Below, one piece after another: positions 38,435-50,400 of a stretch of DNA of 64,000 nt (the first letter of the stretch is position 1; every line of letters begins with the position of its first letter). The DNA comes from Thalia democratica. Its lineage: Eukaryota. Under the pieces are notes generated by a model that had not been told where the DNA came from, did not search any database, and was given only the letters and a program-made list of their open reading frames with translations. The stretch lies in the NCBI GenBank assembly GCA_965202585.1, contig OZ241826.1, positions 35,092,001 through 35,156,000 on the forward strand. Reading direction: 5' to 3'. A program made the translations under genes and the position numbers.

Positions 38435-41400
38435 CTGCAAATTCACCGCAATTAAATGCCTGTTTAGCCTACGTACGATTAGTAGCAAGTGCAGCTTTAA
38501 ACAAAGTAATGCCACAAACTGTTTTTTTCCACAGTTTAAGCAAAGTAGTGTTTTAATTTAAAAGCTGTGTTGTGAAAGTGTTAAAAAGTTGGCCGAACTA
38601 AAACAAAATGTACAGCATTAGAACAACGTTTGTAAAAAATCAAAAAAATGGCACAAATTAAAATGTTTAAATAAGTTTAAAGAAAATTCTGTATTTGAAT
38701 AAAAACTAATTGTAACATCAACTATCAAACCAACTTGTTTTGCACTTGACGGCTGAAACGTCAACTTGACCACCTGTGCAAGTCGCCGACTGTTTGGTGG
38801 CTGGGAGGTACCCGGATTTGCACTGGTAGTCGACCTTGGTTCCTTCGTGGGGCGGACTCTTACCGTTGACGGTGCTGGTGGCGTGCTCAACCGCGGGAAC
38901 TACCCAGCAGACTGCGCGAAAAAAAAGGTTAAAACCGAACGGTCTGATACAAGTGTTAGTTTTGAGCAGCTGAGGAATGCTAAAGGAAAATATTAAATAA
39001 AATTTTCGAAATTTTAAAATGAGTGATTTATATACAAACCGACAAAAACTAGTAACAAAACGATATTTTTAAAAAAGGCAGCAAGCGTCGCGATCTAAAA
39101 CAATCAGCACATAAATACAGGGTTGCCACTGGTTTTTGAGAAATTTCGTACAGATTTAATGAATTTCTACCAGGTTTTTGAAATTACAAGTTTTTAGGTA
39201 TATTTTTAGTTTAAACTCAAGTTTAAAAACAGTGTTAAGTAGCATTACAACATTGAAAAGATACTGTAAAGCTACTCTAAATGTGGTCTTAACAAAAATA
39301 AAAATAAATTGATGATGACAAAGTTTTTTTTATTCGTATGATGTAATTTTTGTGCCAAATGAAAAATTGACAACTTAAAATGTAAAAACTGTTTAAAATT
39401 CCAGGTGTTTCCAGGTTTTTTAGTGATTTTGTTAAAAACTCCAAAAATTTCTCAAATTCCAGGGTTTTCTAGGCTTTTTTGCCTAAGTTCTAAAATTCCA
39501 GGTTTTTCCAGGATTTTTGGTGATTTTGTTAAAAACTTCTAAAATTTCTCAAATTCCAGGTTTTTCCGGGATTCTAGTTTTTGTGGCAACCCTGTAAATA
39601 GCACGAACAATTAATTAAAAAAACGACTTTTAGCAAACGCCGAATCTTTTCCAGCTCCACAACTACTTTTATAAAAAGCATCACTATTATTATTAAAATA
39701 ACATCTTGTACTTGAAAAAAAAATTAAACAACAAAGTAAAAAAAACCGACTTCTCTGGCAACTGCCGTACACATTCCATTTACTTGTACCCTGCTTATCT
39801 CTGAAGCACTGCACATAAGCGTTGTCCCGTGAAGGCCGGTAACCGTTGTTGCAATAGAAGGGGATTTTTTCTCCAAGGGTGTACTTGTTGGTCAATTTGT
39901 CTTTGTATCTTCCACCGGTAGGACTTCTGGAAGGTGGCCCGCAGACTGTGTAAATATTTTTAAGTGTTTTGAACTATTAATTTGAACTTATTTTGATTGT
40001 TTATTATGTTATGGATGAAAAAAACTAGTTAATATTTGTAACGTTGTAAAAAAGTACAAACAGATTTGAAGAGCTCACTGCATGTTAAAACTGAACGAAA
40101 CTCATTGTGCAAAATAAAATAAACAAATTTGGTGCTCAACATATCACAAATGCAAATAACTACCTGCTTTTTTATCAAAACGAAAATGCTTTATTTACGA
40201 CTTTCAAAGTTAGTAGAAGGCATAAAACAACAAGTTTATTTTTTTAACTATTATACATGTGAAGTTTAGATAAACTAACTATGATCAAAATAAGTTTTAA
40301 TCAACTAACCTATTTCAGCGCACTTTGCTAAACCTTCTGAATTTAAAGTGTAAGTTCCATCACTTTTACACTGTGTTGAAAGCTTATGAGAATTGACTCC
40401 ACGAGCTAAGTATCCAGACTTGCATTTGTATTGCACGACGTCTTCTTCTAAATATGTCTCTTTTTTGTTAACAATTTCTCCATTGTTGATTTTTGGTGGA
40501 GCAAAACATACTGTTGATTATCAAAAAACAACTAAATTGTTAGTGAAAAAAATGGTTTTTCTTCAAAAAAAGCATATTTAAGGTTTTACTAATTTGATAC
40601 AAAACACCTATAAGTGCAAAAAACTTTATCAAAACTTCAATAATTTGTACTTGAAAAAACAAACTAAACAACAAAGTAAAAAAAACCGACTTCTCTTGCA
40701 GTAGCCGTACCTATACCACCAAATTTGATCCTCGCCTTTGTCGCAAAGCAAATGAGCGTCCTTTCGTGAAAGCCGGTAACCGTTGTCGCAACTGAAGTAG
40801 AGTTTTTCTCCGGCGGTGTAAACTTCTCTCAATACATCTTTGAAACGTCTGCCAGGTGGATTTTCGGCAGGTCGCCCGCAGACTGTTTAAATATTTTTAA
40901 GTATTTTGAACTATTAATTTGAACTTATTTTGATCGATTTTTTTATGTTATGGATGAAAAAAACTAGTTAATTTTTCTAACGTTGTAAAAAAGTACAAAC
41001 AGATTTGAAGAGCTCACTGCATGTTAAAACTGAACGAAACTCATTGTGCAAAATAAAATAAACAAATTTGGTGCCCAACATATCACAAGTGCAAATAACT
41101 ACGTGCTTTTTTATCAAAACGAAAGTGCTTTATTTACGACTTTCAAAATTAGTAGAAGGTATAAAACAAAAAGTTTATCTTTTTAACTATTATACATGTG
41201 AAGTTTAGATAAACTAACTATGATCAAAATAAGTTTTAATCAACTAACCTATTTCAGCGCACTTTGCTAAACCTTCTGAATTTAAAGTGTAAGTTCCATC
41301 ACTTTTACACTGTGTTGAAAGCTTATGAGAATTGACTCCATGAGCAAAGTATCCAGATTTGCACCTGTATCGCACGATATCACCAACAAATACACGCTTA

Positions 41401-44400
41401 TTTTTGTTAACAATTTCTCCATTGTTGATTTGTGGCGGTGCATCAATACATACTGTTGATGCAAAAACAACTAAATAGTTGGTGAAAAAACTATTACTTA
41501 GTTTTATAAAAGTATCTTCAAGGTTTCACTAGTTTACTTTAATTTTTAATCATGCAGTTAAAAGGGGTTGCAAAAATGTATTGTTGCATTTTAAATTGAA
41601 TAGATATGAAAAAAACTGGAACTTTTAATAATGGTTAAAACTAAGTAATACTTTTGTCGCAAGTTCCGAAGTCAAGCTTGTCCGAGGGGTGATTGCAAGT
41701 GTAAATTCTTCCAGTTTCTTCTCCTATTTTCTTGGAATAAGCGAAGCCGTGGTAACAAGTGTAACGCGCTTTGGTTATCAACTCTCGGTTATCGTCGATC
41801 CTGTGCGGTCCGTCCAAAATTGTTCGAGTTCCACGATCTTTCGGAATCAATGGGAATTCACCGCAGTCTAGAATAGAAAAGGTGAGATTACTTTTTGGAC
41901 TTTTTAGCTTTCAACAATGCATCTAATGACTTTGCATTTAATAGCAACGAGCATCTAGTTTGTTTTATTTACTGAGTTTATGAGATAAAAACGAAACAAA
42001 CAAAATACGGTTTAAACAAAACACTAAAAATTACTTGTTTTGAATATGAACAGCGAAACCTTTCAACCAAGTAGTAAATTTAGATCAGAAAATACATTTA
42101 GATTAAATTTTTCTTTAAACACAAAAGTTTGAGCGTGTAAATATCTTAAACTTCAATCCTAGTTTGTTTAGTACATTGTAGACACTATTGACACTTGCGT
42201 TTGCTTTAAAACTTAAAAAAAGCAAGTGTATGATTAAACCTGGTTTACAAGATGCCGTCGTGTACAGGGTCCGGGTAGTGAGTGGTCGCCACTGACCGTC
42301 TGCGCCACAAACGATTCCCTTGTAATACGACGGCGCTTTCACGTAGCCGGGCGTGCAGTCGTACATCACTTTAGTCCCGGGGATGTAGTGGGGTTCGTAT
42401 ATCCAATCGACTTGCACAATGGAGTACTCCAGACTTTGAAAAGTGTATTCTTCGCACCGGACGTCTAAAGGGTTGTGTTTTTGATAAAACTAGCTTTGCT
42501 AGGTTGAAATGTCATACTTGTCAGTCATATGACCATCACTTTAAAAGCACAAAAGTCTGTTTCTATGCTTCTAAAAAAAATTACTTTTTAAACATGAAAA
42601 AAAATTACACTCAACTTAGCTAGGACACCATATATCACAAAAATCATTAGATGTAAAAAAGCGAAAACAAACTGGGTACACAACTGCCGAAATCCACGAT
42701 CCACTTTCCGTCTGCACCGCAAGTAATTTTGTTTTTATTTTCGGGTAAAAGTGAGTAACCGTTGTTGCAAGTGTACTCTACGACTGCACCAGGCAAGTAT
42801 AAATCTTGTGGGTCGAAAGTTGCTTTTGGAAGCTGTGGTGGCTGTGGGCATTCTGTTATAAAACGTAAAAACAGTTAAGAGCAAAAATGAAAATTATTGG
42901 AAATAAAAACACGTCTTTTATAAAATTTAACAAGACATGTCGGATATTTACCAGGTAAGCACTCAGGGGGGTCAGGCTCGAACACAAAAGTCGTTGTGCT
43001 GCATTCAACTCGATCGACTGCTCCCGGTCGCATTGAATGAAAATTGTGGCAGGTGTACACCGCCGTTTGCGGAAAGTTTCTTAGGTAGTAAAAAAAGTCG
43101 TTGAAGCTGATACCGAAGAGACTTCTATCGATCGACCCCTTGACGCTCCCGTTCGGTATTTGAGCAGGTTGGCCGCAGTCTGTCAATAAGTACGCGTCAA
43201 AAAAAGTGTATGAGAAAAAACTGAATGCTGTTTGAAACAATTCAAACTTGGAACGCAAATGACTTGAGGAGACCATCTTCCCTCCGAGTTGCAAGTCACC
43301 CGCGTGTACTGAGAGGCGTAGTTCATGTTGCAAGCGTATATAATCAACGCCTTGCGCTTGTAATAGGTCACTTTGTCTTTTACGAACGAATCAGCCATTG
43401 GCAAACTCTTTTTGGTCAAATCAACCCAAGGCAGACCCCCGTTCGAGTTCGGAACCACGGGTTTTTCACCGCAACCTGAAAGTTTGGTTTTCACATTAAA
43501 AAAAAAAATTGAACGCCAGCAAAAAGCGTATGGGTCGAAAACAACCTCTGAGGCACACAGGTAGCTTCGGTGGCGACCAAAAATTTCCGGACGCGTTGTT
43601 GGTGCACTCGAAGACGCTGTTGTTCGGGTCGTCGATGTAGTAGGTTCCGCTGCACGAATACTCCACGTGAGACCCGTTTATCGTGGTGACTTCCGAGTTG
43701 GCCACGATCGGTGGAGCTTGGCACTCTAGTTTAAAACGTTCACCTTTCAAACTTTGCCATTATTTAACTAGTGCTTAACTTTTTACAAATGTAGTTTAAA
43801 AGCTTACATCTTTCTTTTATTCTGAGGGTTTAAAGTTGTAATTTATTTAATTATTTTTGCCTTAAGAAATACAAACTAGGAACGCAAGTTGGAGCTGCGT
43901 CGTTGTCCCAAACCGCATCCCTGGTGCAAACACGTTCCAAATTGTACTCTTCGGAGGTTTGCCATTCCACATTGTAGCCGGCATTGCACTCGTACTTCAC
44001 TCTTGTGTCAGTCCAGTATTCACCAACAATGTGCGTGAATAAAATTTTATGCGATGACCTATCACTTTCGGGTGGACTCGGGCATTCTAAAATCATATTT
44101 AAAATTAAGTATAAGAAAAATAAGCTTTAAACAATGCTTAGATATAACAAAATCACCTTTGACGCAGATTGGAACTTTTGCGTTGCTCCAGCTGCCGTCT
44201 TCTCGACATTCGTAGACGTAGTCCGTTTCGACCCCCTCGTGAAACTGGAAACCCTTATCGCAACTGAAACTAATGACGTCACCGCTCAGGATGTGATCCT
44301 CGCGAATTCGGGTGATGCTCATCGTGCCGTTCAAAATTGCGTCCAGAGGCGGGCATTCTGTTTAGTTGCAGTTTAGCTTCTCGTTCAGCTTATTAACTGT

Positions 44401-47400
44401 AGAACAAAAGTGAAAGGCTTACATACCTTTTAGACATCTTGGCTGAGTCACCAGATTGCTCCATCCGTCAGCACCGCAAACGATTTCGCTGAAAGAAGTG
44501 GAAAGCTTGTAGTTGCCTTGGCAAGTAAACTTGAAACTCGTTCTATAAGCTGTGTAGCTCGGCGGGTAAGATTGGAATACTTCAACGTTTCCGTTTTCTA
44601 TGGACATGGGCAATTCTGGTGCACATGCTACAGAAATAGAGCAATATTACATGTCATTATTAACATTTGCTGACACCAAAGCTATTCAGTATTTTTAACC
44701 AAAAAAGATTAAAAAATAAATATATAAGCACTGTCTGATTAACCTACGCTCATTGAGAAGGTTTAAACGATTTTCAAGTTAAGATGTGCTTGAGATTTGA
44801 AAACAAACTACATTTAATTAAGAAATGGTCCTTTTTTTAAATAAGTTTTAACCTCACTGCTACTTAGTGATCTAAATATTTCACATAGTTGAAAAACATT
44901 TACTAAAACTAAATTTAAAAACTAAAAATTTGCAAACTGCAAGACACGCTCAAGTGCAAGTAAAGCTGAAAGCTTGTAAGTACTTACACGGCACGCATTC
45001 TCCGATATCGCTGTCGTATGCACCGTCGGCGGTCTGCTGGCAGTTTATGGTGGTCGTTTTACCGCCGGTCCAGAAGAACGAGTTTTTACAACTGTACGAA
45101 ACTTGCAACTCGATGGAGTAAGTTTCGTTAACCTTCACGCTTTCCGTAACATTCTTTTCACCATTTTTAACTTCGGGAAAGTTTCCACAATCTGAATTAT
45201 TTTGAAAATAATTTATTCCAAATTAGAAAAACTCAATAAACCTTTATACATAAATGTAACAATTAAAAAATGTTTGACTAATAACTTTAACTAAAGTATT
45301 TCAATTGTAATATTTCAAAATAATATTTAAACATAAATTTTACATGTCAAACAAAAATATGTGAATAATTACAGTTTACGAGCAGTCATTGCACGATCAA
45401 ACACACTGACAACAAAATACAATTGGTGGCAAGTTTTCACCTCTAACACATTTTCCTCTTTCACTCCAACTGGCAAAAGTTCCTCCCGTCTCAAGCCTGA
45501 ACTGCCCGTACCAGAACTTTAAACAGACCTCGCCGTAGAAGCTGTCCAGGGCCATGGTGAAGCCTTCGTGGCACTGCCATTCAATGTACGTGTTGCGCAA
45601 ATACACGCCCGGGAACACCCACCTCACCACTTTGAAATCCGCGTTTGCAATCGGCGCAGGTTCTTTGCACTCAATGTCTGAAGATTGTTAAAATCATTAC
45701 ATGGGCGAGGGTTTTATGGTTGGTAAAAAATAAGTACGGAGTTTGTTTTTATGGACAAGCACTTGACTTTTTATTAATCCACCGGTAAAAAATATTAATT
45801 TGTTACTTACTTATGTAGCACTTTCCTCCTTCAGGCTCCCATCTTCCATTACCCATACAAAACTTTTTCTTCTTCTCCACCGGCAAGAACCTTTGAAAAT
45901 GACAAGTGTAATCGACACTCATACCTACCAAGTAAGCTCCGACGTGGTTCGTTACAGTTAGGCTGTTATAAACGAGGTGTTCGCGCGTGTTTGGAATTTT
46001 TGGAGGGGGGCCGCAATCTAAAAAGAACAGTTGGTATACCTGGGTGAAGTGTTGTTGCATTTAAGTTAATTCTACATTGTAATAAAGATGAGTCTAAAAA
46101 ATCATTTAAACTGTTGTACTTTGAAGTATTTTTCACCTTTTAAACACGCGAGCGCCGGTTCAAAATTTCCGCTTTCTCCGTTGCACGTCGGAACTTCTTC
46201 TGGCGGTTGCGCGAACCCGTAACCGTTTTCGCACGAGTATTCGACTTTGTACGGCAGAACGACCGTCGACCCGTTGACTAAAATTTCGTTGTTCGACACC
46301 GTGACGTGATCTCCATTGTCAATAGGTTCCGGCTTTCCGCAGTCTGAAGTTTAAAACAACACTTTTTGTTTGTCGAACAAAACTAAATGATTTACTTGAA
46401 TATTATTCAGTGATCAAAATACTTGGTACGCAAGTGGGAAAGGCTAGTTGCCATTTTCCATTGGGAAGACACTCGTTTGTATCTAATGCTGAGTCGCTGA
46501 GTGAGTAGCTGCCTTCACAAGACAGCCTTATCACAGTGCCGCTGAGAAGTAATCCTTTTTCTGTCGCAGTGTCAACACCGAAAGTAAGAGGCAATTTTAT
46601 TTCACCGCTCGGACACTCTGCAAGAAAAATAGTCTTTTTTAACGATTTGTGAAAAACAACACTGAAACTGAGTGACACAAGTACAACCCAACCCGTTTTA
46701 AATACAATTTACACTACTCTGTTTTATAAGATGTTTAATAAGACTTTTTTAACTAAAGTAAAGTAGTTTGCCAGAAATTAAACTATTTGCAAAGTATAAT
46801 AAGTTAAAAAAATACTTCAAAATTTCACAACTACACAAGAAAACCTTTTTTTTTAATCTTTAAATATATCCTTAAGTAAAGAGAACAACCTTTTAGACAT
46901 TGAAACTCAGTGTAGGTAAAATCGCCACCATTCGCACAAGTGTAAGTTCTACTGGCAGTCGATGGGGTGCTTTTGTAATCTTTGTCGCAAGTGTACCGAA
47001 CGACGGATTCCAGCACTGAACCGTCGCTCAAAGTAAATGAGCTGACGACTTTCTTTTCTGAGTTTAGAATGCTTGGCGCCGTTCCGCAGTCTGTACATTA
47101 ATACAACAGTACACTAAAAACGTTTTGTTTATTTTATTTAAAAGAACAAACATGCTTCATTTTATAAAAACTAAACTACTGTATGTATTAAAATGGCGTT
47201 GTAGTTGAAAAAAACCTACCAGGATAACATTTTACTTTTCCAGACCAAGTACCATCAACACCACAGACAATATCTTTTCCATCTTGTCTGTAATTATTAA
47301 TACAGGTGTATGTAACTGTTGTTCCGTTTACATAATTTCCCTCTTTTTGAACTGGAGTTGAATATTCGTATCCGGAGTTCTCAACCGTTGGCAACGAATC

Positions 47401-50400
47401 ACAAACTAAAAAAATAATATTTTGAAAAACTTGTACTTTGTATGACTTATGTAAAACAAACCTTTCAAGCATACAGGCAAGATTGTGTAATCCCAACTTG
47501 CAGAACCCGATTGGCAGCTAATCACCATTTTTGATTTGTCATCTATGTAATAGTTAGTATTGCAAACATACTCATATGTAATTGGAGTAGTTTCACCGGA
47601 CAACAAAGTTTCACTTTTTAATTCATTTAGTACTGAATTAATAACAGTTGGAGGGTCTTGACACACTAGAAATATATTTTCATTAAAATTTTCTGACATT
47701 ATATATTAGCTAATAAGTTATCTTACCTGGGACACATATTGGTGCATCATTGTTGTTCCAATTTCCATCGCTCCCACAAACACGAGTACTTGTCTCACCC
47801 GATTTAAAGCTGTGAGACCGTTTGCAAGTGTACGTTATTTCTGAACCCGACCAAATTTCGCCTGGTACGTCCGTGGATGAAATGATCCATGTCGCGAGAT
47901 CGTCTTTGGGCGCGTCAGGACATTCTAATGAGGTTTGTGTTAAAACTCTCGAGCTTGCCAACAAAAATTTTTATAACGAATGGTGTAAGCTAAAACAACC
48001 AGTTGAAAAGTCATAACTTGTTTAATGACGAACCGTTTATTTTTGGGTATTTTTGTTTTTTGAACTCAATAAGAGTTTTTAAATATATCACAGAAACTTT
48101 TATTCTCTTTACGAATAAATAAAATGTAACTTATGTCTATAAGTAGATTATCGTTGTGGTTCTTAGTTCGGTTTCAGTTTTTACAACACTCGTAATTCCA
48201 AAAACCAATATCAAATATAATTCGGCTAATCAATAAACAAAACTGACAAGAGGTTTCTACAGCAGCATTTTACTGTTGAAATTCTACTTGGTTGTTTAGC
48301 AGAGTTTAGAAATGTTTCCTTATACTAAAAAAAAACAAAAAAATAAACCATCACATGTTATAAAAACAGCTTAATTGTAATTTTTTCTTCTGTTTTAATA
48401 AAACGTAACGTCATTAGTTTAATGAAATAATTAAAACGCTTTAAAATAAGTAGGCACCTTTTAAAATTGCAAACAATTTACAGTAAAATTTTCAATTATT
48501 TAAAAATTTTACAAACTATTGTAGCATTCTCCAAGGTCTCCAGACCAAAATCCATCTTCAGCGCAAGTGACTGTGTTTTCAGCCGCAGGTAAGAGAGTCA
48601 ATCCTGTTTTGCAAGTGTACACGAGAGCAACGGGCGATAGATAAATATCGTAAGTTGGATGAGTTGCTTTATCAACTGTCGGTGGATCTCCGCATTCTGA
48701 AATACACAAGATGTTAAAAATTGGACAGGATTTTTCAAGTTTACACATTGTTTTATACTTAAAACGTTTTGTCATTATTGGTAAAAATCTGTAACAAAAA
48801 TGTAAATAAGTAACTAATTTATTTTTTTATTGTAAACTCAACCAGCTGATAACTATTTTGCCGTGAATAATCAAACTCTTTTAGTTGATTACAAACACAA
48901 ATAGTGCTTTGCAGTTAAAACTTATGTTACATTTTAACAAGAAAGTATCCTATATAAGTAGCTACAAGTTGAAGCACTTAAAAATTAAACAGTTCAAAAA
49001 AAAGACAAAAAATATATATATGAGAAAACATTTGTTTAAAATAGAACACTTCAGGTAAAATTTAACTAACGACGACGACAATTAGGCAGCGATGGCGTGA
49101 ATCTTCCGGTACTCCCGTCACAAGTTAAAACTTTCACTACTGACAATTCTGTCGCATAACCTTCATTACAGGCGTATACAAGCTTTTGTTGAAAAATTGT
49201 AGGAACACCATTGACTAAAACGGTTTTGTCCACGGAACTATCCAAGTATCCGTTCTCTATTGATTCCGAAGATTTGCAATCTGTTTGTTAATGTTTAAAA
49301 AAGCTAGTAGTTGACAGTACTTTATACTTTTAATGAAACTACTTACTTGGTACACACTCGATTTGCGGTGTCCACTTTCCATCGACGCCACAAGCAATTT
49401 CTTGGTAGCTCTGAACGTAATGTTCATGACATTCAAACTCGAATGTCGTTCCTTTCAGATAGTTGCCATCTCTTACGTTCTCATTTGACTTGGTAGGTTC
49501 TTTTGAATTGCTCACAGTTGGTAAAGCGTCACACACTGCAAGAAAATTAGTTTGCTGAAATCTAGTAAGCTTATTTTGGCACAAAAAGTACCTTCTAGTA
49601 GTCAATATCGTTGTAAACAAGCCGTAAAACAACGGGTAAGTCGTGTAACCTTTTAAACAGACGGGTAACTGTTTTGGCGACCAGCCGTCAGAAGTACATT
49701 CAAAATTGTTGTTTGACTCGTCATCGATGTAATAGCCTGGGTGACAGAGATACTCAATAGAACTAGCAGTTGCACTGCCGTCTGACAGCTTTCGCTCGCT
49801 CTTGTTTACATCTGAGTTCGGCACAGTCGGTGGGGTTTCACATACTAAACAATTAAAAACGTATACTTTTAGACTTGAATACTTGAAATTATACTGGAAA
49901 AAAAGATGCAAAACAGTTGGTCAAAAGTAATTCTAGTTATGGTCTTTGATAACTTAAAATAAGGACCAAATAGCAGTCACATAGCTTTAATTTATTTTTT
50001 ATACAAGTACAATATAGTAAAAAACGTTTATAGTCTAAGAAAACTGGAATTTAATCAGTTGCTACTTACACGGAGTACACATTGGTGCGGTACTGTCGTC
50101 CCAAGTACCATTTTTTCCACAGACGCGGACACTGTTTTCAAGCCACGCGAAACCATGCCCTGTGGCACATTCATAAGTAATTTCAGTTTCGCTCCAATAT
50201 TCACCAGGCACCAAACTTGAAGTGATACTCGAGGACACTAAAGCGCCTTCAGGGGGATCAGGACATTCTAAATGAATTGTTTAAAATTTGATACGACTAA
50301 CAACTTTTAAAGAACATTTTTAGTAAAAACGTAAAGAATCATCGTTTGTTATTTGCTTGTATGCGAAGAAAGCATTTATAACAATAATACGAAGTTTGTT

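Noticed and set aside
38618-38890. Pro/Ser/Thr-rich ORF suggesting a mucin-like stalk before the lectin
   Set aside because: Wrong frame: the splice-compatible frame of 38735-38911 encodes a normal CCP (CWVVPAVEH..YQCKSGY..TC..VKC).
48000-48500. Possible decayed F-class exon in the long intron (cag|taaaatgc.., NYECC)
   Set aside because: Multiple stops and no consistent Cys/Trp pattern; too weak to call.
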